A stretch of 64,000 nucleotides of DNA from Desulfomonilia bacterium. GTDB taxonomy: Bacteria > Desulfobacterota > Desulfomonilia > UBA1062. Positions 41,763 through 52,074 of this stretch are shown here, in pieces (positions within the stretch are counted from its first letter, which is position 1; the number at the start of each line of letters is the position of its first letter). The notes beneath the pieces are model-generated. The model was not told the origin of the DNA. It saw only the letters and a list, made by a program, of their open reading frames with translations, and made no database searches. The translations under genes and the position numbers were made by a program. The stretch covers positions 640,001 through 704,000 of the forward strand of contig CAXXDQ010000003.1 in the NCBI GenBank assembly GCA_963664325.2, written 5' to 3'.

Positions 41763-44700
41763 ATGAAGCGATCTGTCCTTTTACTATCAATAATCATTGT
41801 TGTTTCTATCCTGAGCGGCTGCATTATCTCGGTTACGCCGAATAACCAAAAAGCAGTTATTGTGAAAGCGAATGGTATTCAAGCTTTTACAATAAAGGTT
41901 TTTTTGAACAATTCAGTTTATGAGTGGACGCTTGATGGCAAATTGCAAGAGTATGTAAAAGGAGACACCTTCAAGTATATATTCACTAATACAGGCATAA
42001 CAGTCCACACACTTTCTGTTAAAGTTGGTGTAGACAAGTATCAGTGGGTTATCATTGACGCTGAAGTCTTTCAGGAAATCGATTCACAAGGTGGTGTTTT
42101 AGAAGTAACTGATATTGAAAGTAATCTCTATGGATCAAAACTAGAAGTTCCGGCAGGTGTTCTTACAGAAAATGATCTTGTAAGAATGAATATATGCGAT
42201 GCTCCACCAACATTACCAGAAGGTCTACGTGAAGCAAGTAAGTTTATCCAGCTGGAAATTGGCTCTTCAAACAACACATTAACTCATAATAATATTTCAG
42301 TTCTTGGGTCTAGCAACGAAATGACTCTAACACTAGGGTATAATGATATTGATAATGATGGGCTAATTGATCACACTGGTGTTGACGAAACACAATTGAG
42401 GATCGGTCTTTATGATAATAAATTGCAGTCTTGGACATATGCACCTATTATTCAACAAAATACTACCACTAATACAGTTCAGATTAAATTGTCTCTAGAA
42501 CAGGCTCGCAATAGTATAATAGGCGGCTTTTATATTCCTCTAGCAAGTGATTCTCAATTGTATATTTATGTAATCGAAGGTCTTAGCTTTGATATACTTT
42601 TCAATCTGAATTTAGAGGGCTTCTGGAAAACTGAAAGTGATTTTCCAATAAGAGGGGAGTACCTAAAATCGTCAATTTTAGAGATGGGGATCGAATTATC
42701 TGGTAATGAGCTAAAAGAAGTTGATGTTGAAAGATTTTGTTGGTCTGGAGACTTCACTAATACCCCTGAAGTTATTTCAAAGCTTAAAACTGAATTACGT
42801 TTGGCATACGGAGAAGCAATCATTCGTGGTAAAAAGTTTGTTGTCGTAACACATAGTTGGGGAACTGTTTTGGGGTTACTTGCCCTTGAATATAATCAAG
42901 ATGTTAAACCTGATATGATTATCACTCTTTCTTCTCCTATTGGTTCGCATCATGTAACAGAATACAACTCCCAGATGTTTTGGAGTGAAATTCCAGTAAG
43001 CTTAGTGCAAGACTCAATTGAACTTGGTGTTCAGCATCAGGTTCAAGACACTTATACTTTTTTAGGAACACCCAGTAAACAGGGCATTTCTGGATTCGGG
43101 CGTTGGACTAATTATTGGCATGATTGTGATATTTTTTCCGGGCCACTGGATTCTGATATTATTAGGTGGTGGAATGGATATTTGACAACCACAAATGGAA
43201 TTTTTGAAGACAAAGAAATTTCATTATCAATTGATCCACTACCAAAAGATCAAACAAGAACGGGGGAAAAAACAAAAAAATATCATGCGCTTACCTCACT
43301 TAACCAAGGTTACTGGATGAAATATTGTCCAGATATGTTAGCAGCAGCTGGAGCATTCCGAGAAGAAGTTAAGACAAAGATTATTGATGTTGTATCAGAT
43401 ACAGATGGTGATGGATATAATAACTATATAGATAACTGCCCTAACACTTACAATCCCGATCAAACTGATTCAGATGCAGATGGTATTGGCGATGCATGTG
43501 AGGGAGTCGTCATCCCATCCATCCCGAGCGGATTCGGTCTCAACCAAATAGCAGGGGGCTTCAGGCTTTTCTGGGACAGTGAAAGCAGTGCTACTGAATA
43601 TCAGATATACTGGGGGACCAGTGATACTGTGGATGAAAATTATTTTTCGGGAGTCTTGAAGACACCTGATACGATATTTGATCACACGGGAAGGGTAAAT
43701 GGATACACCTACTATTATCGTATTAGAGCATGCAATGGTTCAGGGTGCAGCAGTTTATCATATCCATCAATATCCAGAAAATATGAGGTTACACCCTCTA
43801 TACCGACCGGATTTGGTCTCACCCAGATAACCGGTGGCTTCAGGCTTACCTGGAACAGTGTAAGTGGTGCCACTAGTTACAAGATATACTGGGGGAATGA
43901 TGATTCAGTTAACGAGACGAACCATGCAGGTATAATGGAGACTGCTGACACTAAATATGATCACACGAACCTAGTCAACGGCTACACATATTATTACTGT
44001 ATTAAGGCCTGCAATGGAGCGGGATGTAGCAATCTGTCAAGTCCTTTGATATCTAGTAAATATGAGGTTACGCCATCCATTCCATCCATCCCGACCGGAT
44101 TTAATCTCACTCAGATAAGCGGTGGATTCAGGCTTTCATGGAATAGCTCAAGTGGTGCTACTAGTTACAAGATATACTGGGGGAACGATAGTTCAGTTAA
44201 CGAGACGAACTATGCGGGCATAATGGAGACTACTGACACGAAATACGATCATACGAACTTGGTAAACGGATACACCTATTATTACTGTATTAAGGCCTGC
44301 AATGGTGCGGGGTGCAGCAACCTGTCAAGCCCTTTGATTTACAGCTTATATGAAGTTACACCCTCTATACCGACCGGATTTGGTCTCACCCAGATAACCG
44401 GTGGCTTCAGGCTTACCTGGAACAGTGTAAGCGGTGCCACTCAGTATCAGATATACTGGGGAAACGACAGTTCGGTAAGCGAGACAAATTATGCAGGGAT
44501 TCTTAACACAACTTCCACTTTATATGACCATACCGGGCTGAGCAACGGTTATACCTATTATTATCGTATCAGGGCCTGCAATGGAGCGGGATGCAGCAAC
44601 CTATCGAGTAACATAAACAGAACGTATCAAACTCCTCCGTCCATACCGACCGGATTTGGTCTCACCCAGATAACCGGTGGCTTCAGGCTTTCATGGAACA

Positions 44701-45191
44701 GTGTAAGCGGTGCCACTCAGTATCAGATATACTGGGGAAACGACAGTTCGGTAAGCGAGACAAATTATGCAGGGATTCTTAACACAACTTCCACTTTATA
44801 TGACCATACCGGGCTGAGCAACGGTTATACCTATTATTATCGTATCAAGGCCTGCAACGGAGCGGGATGTAGCAATCTGTCAAGCCCAGCGGTCTATAGA
44901 AAATATGAGGTGATACCGTCTGCACCAACTGGAGTCACTGCGGTATACCAATCAGCCCATAGCTGGAACTATATCAGCTGGAATGCATGCGCAGGAGCCA
45001 CTTCATACAAGGTCTACTGGGGAACATCGCCTGGCATTACAAAGTCAAGCAGTAGCCTGACACCCACGACCACAACCGATTATGGACACTCTGGGGTGCA
45101 AAGTGGATATACATATTATTATAGAATAACGGCTTCTAACAGTGCCGGAGAGTCGGGTCTATCTAGTGAAGTAAGTGTACATGTGCCATGA
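41763..45191 (+). CDS. lipoprotein: Ig-like + ZU5-like + alpha/beta-hydrolase-like + thrombospondin type-3 + six FN3 repeats
   Basis: Lipobox LSGC; IDSQGGVL..LEVPAG; VVVTHSWG nucleophile elbow; DTDGDG..DNCP..DGIGDAC; repeated YYYRIxACN. Confidence 0.75.
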   Translation: MKRSVLLLSIIIVVSILSGCIISVTPNNQKAVIVKANGIQAFTIKVFLNNSVYEWTLDGKLQEYVKGDTFKYIFTNTGITVHTLSVKVGVDKYQWVIIDAEVFQEIDSQGGVLEVTDIESNLYGSKLEVPAGVLTENDLVRMNICDAPPTLPEGLREASKFIQLEIGSSNNTLTHNNISVLGSSNEMTLTLGYNDIDNDGLIDHTGVDETQLRIGLYDNKLQSWTYAPIIQQNTTTNTVQIKLSLEQARNSIIGGFYIPLASDSQLYIYVIEGLSFDILFNLNLEGFWKTESDFPIRGEYLKSSILEMGIELSGNELKEVDVERFCWSGDFTNTPEVISKLKTELRLAYGEAIIRGKKFVVVTHSWGTVLGLLALEYNQDVKPDMIITLSSPIGSHHVTEYNSQMFWSEIPVSLVQDSIELGVQHQVQDTYTFLGTPSKQGISGFGRWTNYWHDCDIFSGPLDSDIIRWWNGYLTTTNGIFEDKEISLSIDPLPKDQTRTGEKTKKYHALTSLNQGYWMKYCPDMLAAAGAFREEVKTKIIDVVSDTDGDGYNNYIDNCPNTYNPDQTDSDADGIGDACEGVVIPSIPSGFGLNQIAGGFRLFWDSESSATEYQIYWGTSDTVDENYFSGVLKTPDTIFDHTGRVNGYTYYYRIRACNGSGCSSLSYPSISRKYEVTPSIPTGFGLTQITGGFRLTWNSVSGATSYKIYWGNDDSVNETNHAGIMETADTKYDHTNLVNGYTYYYCIKACNGAGCSNLSSPLISSKYEVTPSIPSIPTGFNLTQISGGFRLSWNSSSGATSYKIYWGNDSSVNETNYAGIMETTDTKYDHTNLVNGYTYYYCIKACNGAGCSNLSSPLIYSLYEVTPSIPTGFGLTQITGGFRLTWNSVSGATQYQIYWGNDSSVSETNYAGILNTTSTLYDHTGLSNGYTYYYRIRACNGAGCSNLSSNINRTYQTPPSIPTGFGLTQITGGFRLSWNSVSGATQYQIYWGNDSSVSETNYAGILNTTSTLYDHTGLSNGYTYYYRIKACNGAGCSNLSSPAVYRKYEVIPSAPTGVTAVYQSAHSWNYISWNACAGATSYKVYWGTSPGITKSSSSLTPTTTTDYGHSGVQSGYTYYYRITASNSAGESGLSSEVSVHVP
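43510..44915 (+). repeat. five near-tandem FN3 DNA repeats (~275-290 bp)
   Basis: ATACCGACCGGATTTGGTCTCACCCAGATAACCGGTGGCTTCAGGCTT recurs exactly at ~43800, ~44367 and ~44643. Confidence 0.85.
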
Positions 45192-45253
45192 TAATATTCA
45201 ATAAATGGGCAAGCGTGAGTATGAAATTTCAAGATAACATGAGGAGGTTTCTT

Positions 45254-46249
45254 ATGAAAAAGGGATTACTATTTATTATTAGTTTATTTCTGCTAATTTT
45301 GAGCGGGTGCATTCTATCTAAAACACCCAACACGAATAATGTTACTATGAAAGTTGGAGAGCAGAAGACATTCAGTGTGAATGTGTTTCCACCCGGAAGT
45401 TCATATGAATGGACCTTGGATGGGTCGCCAGTTTTGGCCCCAGGTAACTCGTATACTTATACAGCTCTAGCAAGAGGGCACAGCTTGGTAGTGAGGGTCA
45501 CACATCTTTTGGGCATGAATAAGCAGGCATGGTATATCTCACAGGAAGACCCAATCACCGAATTATTGAACTCCCTTTTGTACATCCCAGCTGGCACGTT
45601 CATGATGGGGAGCACAGACTACTGGTCGACAATACCGATTCATCAAGTTACGCTCTCGGAATTTTATATGAGTGCCTATGAGGTGACTCAAGTACAATAT
45701 CAGGCAGTCATGGGTACGAACCCTTCATATTTCCAAGCGAAATATGGTTACCCAGGGAGATATAACTACCCAGTGGATTGGCTTACTTGGTATGATGCTA
45801 GTGCTTTCTGCACACAACTCTCTGCGATGACGGGGCGCACATTTACACTTCCGAGTGAAGCTCAGTGGGAATACGCCTGCAGATCTGGAACTACAACTCC
45901 ATTCAGCTTTGGTAGCGATGATGAACAACTCGATAACTATGCTTGGTACGGAGAAAACTTAGATACTGGAACCACTCATCCCGTAGGCGAAAAGCTGCCG
46001 AACGCTTGGGGGTTATATGATATGATGGGTAATGTCTGGGAGTGGTGTCTGGATTCTTGGCATGAAAATTATGTGGGTGCACCCACAGATGGTAGTGCTT
46101 GGGAACCTGATATAGGTACCTACCGCTTAACTCGTGGCGGTAGTTTTTTAAGTGAAGATTCATGGAACATGTGGTCTTCAAGTCGTAATTATTGTAACCC
46201 ATCTTGTAAAAATAATAACTTTGGTTTTCGTATCATCGAAATTCCATAG
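45254..46249 (+). CDS. lipoprotein: Ig-like + FGE-sulfatase (CLec-fold) domain
   Basis: Lipobox LSGC; GTFMMGS, LPSEAQWEYACR, PNAWGLYDMMGNVWEW and RGGS...GFR. Confidence 0.85.
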   Translation: MKKGLLFIISLFLLILSGCILSKTPNTNNVTMKVGEQKTFSVNVFPPGSSYEWTLDGSPVLAPGNSYTYTALARGHSLVVRVTHLLGMNKQAWYISQEDPITELLNSLLYIPAGTFMMGSTDYWSTIPIHQVTLSEFYMSAYEVTQVQYQAVMGTNPSYFQAKYGYPGRYNYPVDWLTWYDASAFCTQLSAMTGRTFTLPSEAQWEYACRSGTTTPFSFGSDDEQLDNYAWYGENLDTGTTHPVGEKLPNAWGLYDMMGNVWEWCLDSWHENYVGAPTDGSAWEPDIGTYRLTRGGSFLSEDSWNMWSSSRNYCNPSCKNNNFGFRIIEIP

Positions 46250-46421
46250 GGTTAAGGAAAGGTTTTGATGGATGGCACAAGGCGTAAATTCCATGTAATC
46301 TATTTACTCATATAAGGCATTATGTTCAAAAAATTATAAAACTGACTTATTGCTTCACCTGATACAGCATACCAGAACATTCATCTATGAAAACAGGAAT
46401 TAAAAAGTTGAGGAGGGTACA

Positions 46422-48137
46422 ATGAAAATCAGAAAGCATCTTATCATCATATTGGTGATCGGGCTATTCATGACTGCTTGCGGACCCAAGGTTGTCTCGA
46501 CTGATCCTTGCAAAACATGTGAGAGCCCCTGGTACACTACAGTGAATGCGACCTTCAATCAGAACATCAACCCCGCCACTGTCAACTCCACCACATTTAA
46601 GGTTGAAAAAGATGGCAGTCCTGTTCCCGGGACAATAATGGTCAGCGGCAAGACTGTGACCTTTATGCCAACCAGTTATTTCGATGTCCCTCATCCATAT
46701 ACCGTCACACTGACAAAGGGGATCAAGAACACATCGGGCTTTGCTATGCAGAAAGATTATTCATGGCCTTTCACGACTGAGCATGGATGGAAAAACCCTA
46801 AGAACATCGATGACAACATAAGTCCCAATGGAACTGGAGCTTACCTTTTGGGACATATTGAAGGATCCGAGAGCATTGTTACGAATGAAAAAAATGATGC
46901 CATTATTACATGGAGACAAGAAGGTGGAGGATCATACGATCAGATTTTCAAGAGCGAATATCACAATGGTATTTGGACCCATCCTTCTGGCCTCTCAGAC
47001 ACGGTCAGCCCTGATGGCACCAAAGCTAGTGAGCCTCGTGTTGGCTTGGACAATGAAGGCAATGCAATAATTGTTTGGCGCCAATATGTTGGACAACCAG
47101 ATGCAAGTTCTTATCATATGTTTAAAAGGGAGCGTCATGACGGTGTTTGGGAACCTAAACCGTCATTAACAGATTATTTTGATCCAGGCATTTCTAGCGG
47201 AAATAGTTCTTTTGTCATGAGTAGCGGAGGTGATGCAGTTTTCTCCTATGGTGAAAATCTAAATGCTCCTTCTGGTCGTAGCAGATTGTTTGCGAGTGAG
47301 TATCGGGATGGAGTATGGAATCATCTTGGACCTGATGACTATATTAACCCAGATGGCCCGGATTGGACCGAAAATGGAAATATAGCAATTAATGCAAATG
47401 GTGATACGATAATAACTTGGTATCAACCGGATGCAAGTGGCATATACCAGACCTTCAAGAGTGAATACAGGAATGGTGTCTGGATACGTCCTTTGAACCT
47501 ATCTGACAACATTAGCCCTGATGGTTGGGATGTAAGTTTCCCAATGGTCGCAATAGCAGACAATGATGATGCAATCATCGTGTGGCAGCAATATGATGGG
47601 ATCAGCAATGTCAGGATATTTAAGTATGAATATCGTAGTGGGTCTTGGTCGGGTCCTACATCTATCAGTCCTGTTGGAACATCGGCCGATTTCCCCCATG
47701 TGGCAATGGATGCCAATGGCAATGCAATCATAACATGGACACAGATTGATGAGAGTGGCTATTCCCAGTGCTTCAAAAGCGAATATCGAAATGGTGTCTG
47801 GACACATCCGTCAAGTATTTCCGATCACATCAGCCTCGATGGAACAGAAGTATTTGGTACGAATGTGGCCATGGATTCAAGCGGATCAGCCATCATAACA
47901 TGGTATCAGAAATGTTATAAAGGATATATTCAGGTATTTAAGTGTGAGAAACGAAATGGGTCATGGATATGCCCAACAGGACTCTCAGATCATCTCAGTC
48001 CTGATGGATCAGACACAGTAGCACACTCATATTTTTCTCCAGTTGTTGCAATGGATGGCAAAGGTAATGCGATAATAGCATGGAGTCAGTACGACAGTGA
48101 CCATTTCTATCAGGTTTTCAAGAGCGAGTACCGGTAA
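46422..48137 (+). CDS. lipoprotein: Ig-like (Big_5-type) + beta-propeller repeats
   Basis: Lipobox MTAC; repeats of VAMDxxGNAIIxW..Q.FKSEYRNGxW. Confidence 0.8.
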   Translation: MKIRKHLIIILVIGLFMTACGPKVVSTDPCKTCESPWYTTVNATFNQNINPATVNSTTFKVEKDGSPVPGTIMVSGKTVTFMPTSYFDVPHPYTVTLTKGIKNTSGFAMQKDYSWPFTTEHGWKNPKNIDDNISPNGTGAYLLGHIEGSESIVTNEKNDAIITWRQEGGGSYDQIFKSEYHNGIWTHPSGLSDTVSPDGTKASEPRVGLDNEGNAIIVWRQYVGQPDASSYHMFKRERHDGVWEPKPSLTDYFDPGISSGNSSFVMSSGGDAVFSYGENLNAPSGRSRLFASEYRDGVWNHLGPDDYINPDGPDWTENGNIAINANGDTIITWYQPDASGIYQTFKSEYRNGVWIRPLNLSDNISPDGWDVSFPMVAIADNDDAIIVWQQYDGISNVRIFKYEYRSGSWSGPTSISPVGTSADFPHVAMDANGNAIITWTQIDESGYSQCFKSEYRNGVWTHPSSISDHISLDGTEVFGTNVAMDSSGSAIITWYQKCYKGYIQVFKCEKRNGSWICPTGLSDHLSPDGSDTVAHSYFSPVVAMDGKGNAIIAWSQYDSDHFYQVFKSEYR

Positions 48138-48230
48138 AGCAGGTGGAACGAGATTGGTGAGATAACTGAATCAAGTCCTGATGATTATAGGAACAAAAAA
48201 ATAAAATTTTAAAATCAATTGGAGGGTACA

Positions 48231-49289
48231 ATGAAAAGATCATTATTATTACTTACCTTACTTTTTGTCTCACTTATATTGGGCGGCTGCATCATGTCTT
48301 CAACACCATCTTCGCCTGTGTCAGTTTCTGCAGGTGATTCGATAACATTCAAGGTCACAGTGTTTCCTGTGAATATAACTGTGCAGTGGTACGTCGATAC
48401 AAATCTGGTTTCGGGTACTACAGAAAAGTCTTTCATCTATTCTCCCGAAGAAGGTGATGTTGGCACTCACACCATAACCATAAAGGAGACCTCGGGATGC
48501 ATTTTCCTTGGTCAGCATTCTTGGGAAGTTGAGGTCATTTCTAGCATAAAGGATATCACGCAGTTCACTATTCTCGGCATAAATGGCACGATAGGGACTA
48601 ATACGATAGCCCTAACAGTACCCTATGGGACAAGCCTTACATCTTTAACACCTACGATAACTCATACAGGAGCGAGCATAAACCCAGCATCCGGAGTAGC
48701 GCAGAACTTTACAAATCCTGTACAATACACAGTTACAGCTGAAGATGGATCAATGAAGAATTATATGGTTACCGTAAGTGTTGCCCCAAATAAATCTTAT
48801 ACATTTACTGCTACTTGGACCAATAGGCCTTATAGTACAGCTACAGAAGAAGGTACTAGAGGAAATGAAGGAGATGGTGATGATTCTACTTATTGGGGAA
48901 GTTATGTATATACTAATATTGATGGGGATTTTCATAATGAGAACACTGCCCATTTAACTTATACTTATAGTACTCCTCAAATAGTTACATCTGTTCGTTT
49001 TAAGATGATTCAATATGCGTATAGTACTGGCAATAATTATGAATGGAATACATTATCGTCTTCTTTATGTTTATATGATTGGTCTGATAATTTAGTAGCT
49101 ACATTATATAGTTTTAGTAAAACAACACCCCGTGCAAATTATACAAATGATACGGGAGATTTAACTTATAATACTGGTTGGGCTAATATTAAAAGAGTAG
49201 AATTAAATATGTTTGGTGTAGCTCATGGGGATGATGGTGGAGGATCTCGTCATAGGCTTTATGAGTTAACTGTTAATACTGCTGATTGA
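48231..49289 (+). CDS. lipoprotein: Ig-like + DUF5018-like + jelly-roll-like C-terminal domain
   Basis: Lipobox LGGC; KDITQF...VPYGT..LTPTI..NFTNPVQYTVTAEDGS; beta-rich tail. Confidence 0.7.
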   Translation: MKRSLLLLTLLFVSLILGGCIMSSTPSSPVSVSAGDSITFKVTVFPVNITVQWYVDTNLVSGTTEKSFIYSPEEGDVGTHTITIKETSGCIFLGQHSWEVEVISSIKDITQFTILGINGTIGTNTIALTVPYGTSLTSLTPTITHTGASINPASGVAQNFTNPVQYTVTAEDGSMKNYMVTVSVAPNKSYTFTATWTNRPYSTATEEGTRGNEGDGDDSTYWGSYVYTNIDGDFHNENTAHLTYTYSTPQIVTSVRFKMIQYAYSTGNNYEWNTLSSSLCLYDWSDNLVATLYSFSKTTPRANYTNDTGDLTYNTGWANIKRVELNMFGVAHGDDGGGSRHRLYELTVNTAD

Positions 49290-49301
49290 TAGGAGGATCC
49301 A

Positions 49302-50315
49302 ATGAAGAGATCATTATCAATTCTTATTGTGCTTATTTTCATGTCTTTACTGAGCGGGTGCATATTATCCAAAACACCTAAAACAGATACCATTGATATA
49401 CAATTGGGCAAGCAGGTAACTTTCAGTGTGAATGTTTTTCCATCCAATGCTACCTATACCTGGACATTGGATGGTACGCCCCTAATGTATGTATTTGGGA
49501 AATCGTATGTGTACACTTCTACTGGGGGTAATCACAAACTTGTGGTTAAGGCGAAACAATCTTTGGGTACAGATACCCAGACATGGAATATCACCTGTGA
49601 TCCAATTGTCGGTTTATTGAACAGCCTGGTCAGTATCTCAGGTGGCACATTCATGATGGGGAGCACAGATAATGAATATTCATGGGCGAAATACACCACA
49701 CCGGTTCACGAGGTGACAGTTCCGAGTTTTGAGATCGGCGCCTATGAGATTACTCAGGCGCAATATACAGCGATCATGGGTATTAATCCTTCTTATTACC
49801 AAGAGGGACATGGCTACTCTGGCACCGAGAACTACCCGGTGGAAAATCTTACCTGGTATGAAGCAAGAGAGTTTTGCACAGCTCTCTCGGTACAGACAGG
49901 ACGGACCTTCGACTTGCCAAGTGAAGCGCAGTGGGAATATGCCTGTCGAGCAGGAACTACTACACTCTACAGCTTCGGTGATGCTGATGAACTTCTAGCC
50001 ACCTATGGCTGGTACTATGCAAACAGCAATGATGCAACCCATCCCGTAGGCACGAAACTGCCGAACCCCTGGGGCTTGTATGATATGCATGGCAACGTGT
50101 GGGAGTGGGCTCTGGATTCATGGCACTTTAACTATGATGGAGCACCAACAGATGGCAGCGCATGGGATCCTGATACTGGCCCTTACCGCATGATTCGCGG
50201 TGGCAGCTTTTTCTCCGACCATGCGGGGAGCTGCCGGTCGGCGGCTCGTGGTGTCCTCTACCCCCCCAGCTACGCGAACCGGGGTCTAGGCTTCCGCATC
50301 GTCGAAATTCCATAG
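49302..50315 (+). CDS. lipoprotein: Ig-like + FGE-sulfatase (CLec-fold) domain, paralog of 45254..46249
   Basis: Lipobox LSGC-ILSKTP; LPSEAQWEYACRAG, PNPWGLYDMHGNVWEW and RGGS..GFRIVEIP. Confidence 0.87.
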   Translation: MKRSLSILIVLIFMSLLSGCILSKTPKTDTIDIQLGKQVTFSVNVFPSNATYTWTLDGTPLMYVFGKSYVYTSTGGNHKLVVKAKQSLGTDTQTWNITCDPIVGLLNSLVSISGGTFMMGSTDNEYSWAKYTTPVHEVTVPSFEIGAYEITQAQYTAIMGINPSYYQEGHGYSGTENYPVENLTWYEAREFCTALSVQTGRTFDLPSEAQWEYACRAGTTTLYSFGDADELLATYGWYYANSNDATHPVGTKLPNPWGLYDMHGNVWEWALDSWHFNYDGAPTDGSAWDPDTGPYRMIRGGSFFSDHAGSCRSAARGVLYPPSYANRGLGFRIVEIP

Positions 50316-50334
50316 GGCGGCTAGGGCATAGTTT

Positions 50335-50373
50335 AAGAGATGGTACAGACTGTATGTCCTGTGCCATCTTTTT
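50335..50373 (+). terminator. probable terminator of the lipoprotein cluster
   Basis: AAGAGATGGTACAG...CTGTGCCATCTTTTT. Confidence 0.6.
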
Positions 50374-50409
50374 GCTCTTAGTAATACAAGTTTAGATAGT
50401 TTCATGTAG

Positions 50410-50514
50410 AGATATCTGCGATAGATAATAGCTTTTTTGAGTTCGTAAAAGCTATGATATCCGAATGAGTTCTAATAAATCCCAAAGCTTCATCTTGGAA
50501 TGAATTTCCTCAAG
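50410..50514. repeat. decayed island repeat family, copy 1
   Basis: Begins AGATATCTGCGATA; aligns without gaps to 58199-58303 at roughly 70% by hand count. Confidence 0.7.
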
Positions 50515-50756
50515 CAGCCAACAGCCTCTGTGCAGATGTAATTCATGTAATAAACTTAAAAATTTGCCCATTGTATTATACTGATTACATTGAATTAAAT
50601 TTAAGTTTATTAGGAGATATATGCACTTTCCTAATGAACAATTATTTGATGATGACGGCCATTATATACAGTCCGTAAATGATCATCATTACTGTGTATC
50701 TCTTTTGGAGATCATAAGATTTTCGGCCTTTAAAAATTGAATGTTTTCTCAGGAGA

Positions 50757-50813
50757 TGATAACGTAAGGATCACCAGCGGCTGAAAGCCGACTGGTGCAT
50801 CCTTTTATTCGAC
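50757..50813 (-). other. attC site (degenerate R'')
   Basis: Minus strand GTCGAAT-aaaaggatgcacca..gctttcagc..tggtgatcctt-ac-GTTATCA; imperfect hairpin, closely similar to 54372-54425. Confidence 0.7.
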
Positions 50814-50894
50814 ATTGTTCTCACCATTGAACTTGTTGAGTGGCTCAGATACACCATTAAGCACTTCTTGGTAAGCTAACTTCTTCCATGTTCA

Positions 50895-52061
50895 TCATCT
50901 TCTTAGGAGTCGTTTGAACTGTTTCTGGCTCAAAGGTAAAAAAGGAACAACCGATACATTAGGTCCGCACGAAACTGCAATGGACTTCGAGATCCCCGCT
51001 CCGATTCTCGCTTTCTCGGCAGCAATCACTTTGATAGCACGTGCCCCTTCTATAACATCACCACCAGCTAATATTATGGATTCGATAATCTGTGCTCCTC
51101 GTCTAATATATACACCGTCACCGATGATGGCACATTTCACTTTAACGTCCTCTTCGATCGTTACCCCATCTCCAATCAAACATGGAGGTACGAGCCTAGC
51201 GCTGTTCGCTATCTTGGCATTCCGGCCAATATGCACCTTGTTTATTTCTGGCCCTAACAATGTTGAAAAATTGCCCTTGAGAGCATTCAATTGGGCGGCG
51301 TGATAAATGCCTAAGGTGCCAATGTCTATACGGTAACCCAAGCCAATGTCAAACGCCATGCAAGTTCTGCTCGAAACGAGTCTAGGAAACAAGTTACTGG
51401 CAAAATCGATGAATCCTTCCCTAGGGATTTCAAATAGGGCCTCCCGGCTCATAATGTATACAGCTGCGTTCGCTAAGGGATTCATGTAATCGGGAATCTT
51501 TTCCAAGAGCGCCTTCTCAGTAAACATTGTTATACGTCCTTGCTGGTTCACTTCCATTACGCCGTAATTCGTGCGGGTACCACGTGGGGGATACACAGGA
51601 TCTCTATCGTGATAATCGTACAGGAATGCTGAAAAATCGGGCTGGTGGGATAGAATCGTCAAGTCAGCTGCCATAGCTTTGTGGTTTTCCATCATAGCTG
51701 AAAAGTTCGCTGATAGAAGACTGTCGCCATAGACAATCATTACAGGATCAGAAAGGGAGTCTCTGATACGAGTGGCGACATCATATGAGCACCCAGCCGT
51801 GCCGCGCCATGGAAAGTCTTCTATATACCTTATACGCAAACCCCACGCACTCCCATCTTTATATCGTGATTTCACTTCATCATGCCGTCCTGACGAAGTG
51901 AAAACAACATCCTCAATGCCTTGGGAGCTTAGTTCCTTAAGCAAGTAGTCGAATAGTGGTCGCCCGAGGAATGGAACCATACATTTGACTATGTTCTCTG
52001 AAAGTGGCAGCATTCGGCTCGCTGTCCCTCCATTTAATAAGATTACTGTGATATCCTTCAT
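50895..52061 (-). CDS. NDP-sugar synthase-like nucleotidyltransferase with left-handed beta-helix tail
   Basis: VILLNGGTASRMLPL..K..VPFLGRP, GTAG, VYGD, YGV, FTEK and DIGT; hexapeptide repeats. Confidence 0.85.
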   Translation of the reverse strand: MKDITVILLNGGTASRMLPLSENIVKCMVPFLGRPLFDYLLKELSSQGIEDVVFTSSGRHDEVKSRYKDGSAWGLRIRYIEDFPWRGTAGCSYDVATRIRDSLSDPVMIVYGDSLLSANFSAMMENHKAMAADLTILSHQPDFSAFLYDYHDRDPVYPPRGTRTNYGVMEVNQQGRITMFTEKALLEKIPDYMNPLANAAVYIMSREALFEIPREGFIDFASNLFPRLVSSRTCMAFDIGLGYRIDIGTLGIYHAAQLNALKGNFSTLLGPEINKVHIGRNAKIANSARLVPPCLIGDGVTIEEDVKVKCAIIGDGVYIRRGAQIIESIILAGGDVIEGARAIKVIAAEKARIGAGISKSIAVSCGPNVSVVPFLPLSQKQFKRLLRR

Positions 52062-52074
52062 TATAGATATTTCT

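Noticed and set aside
43510-44915. CRISPR array
   Set aside because: The repeats are long in-frame protein domains with no unique spacers; no cas genes are in the window.
45254-50315. Complete DGR, with one paralog acting as template for the other
   Set aside because: There is no RT or Avd in the window, and the two tips also differ at non-adenine positions.
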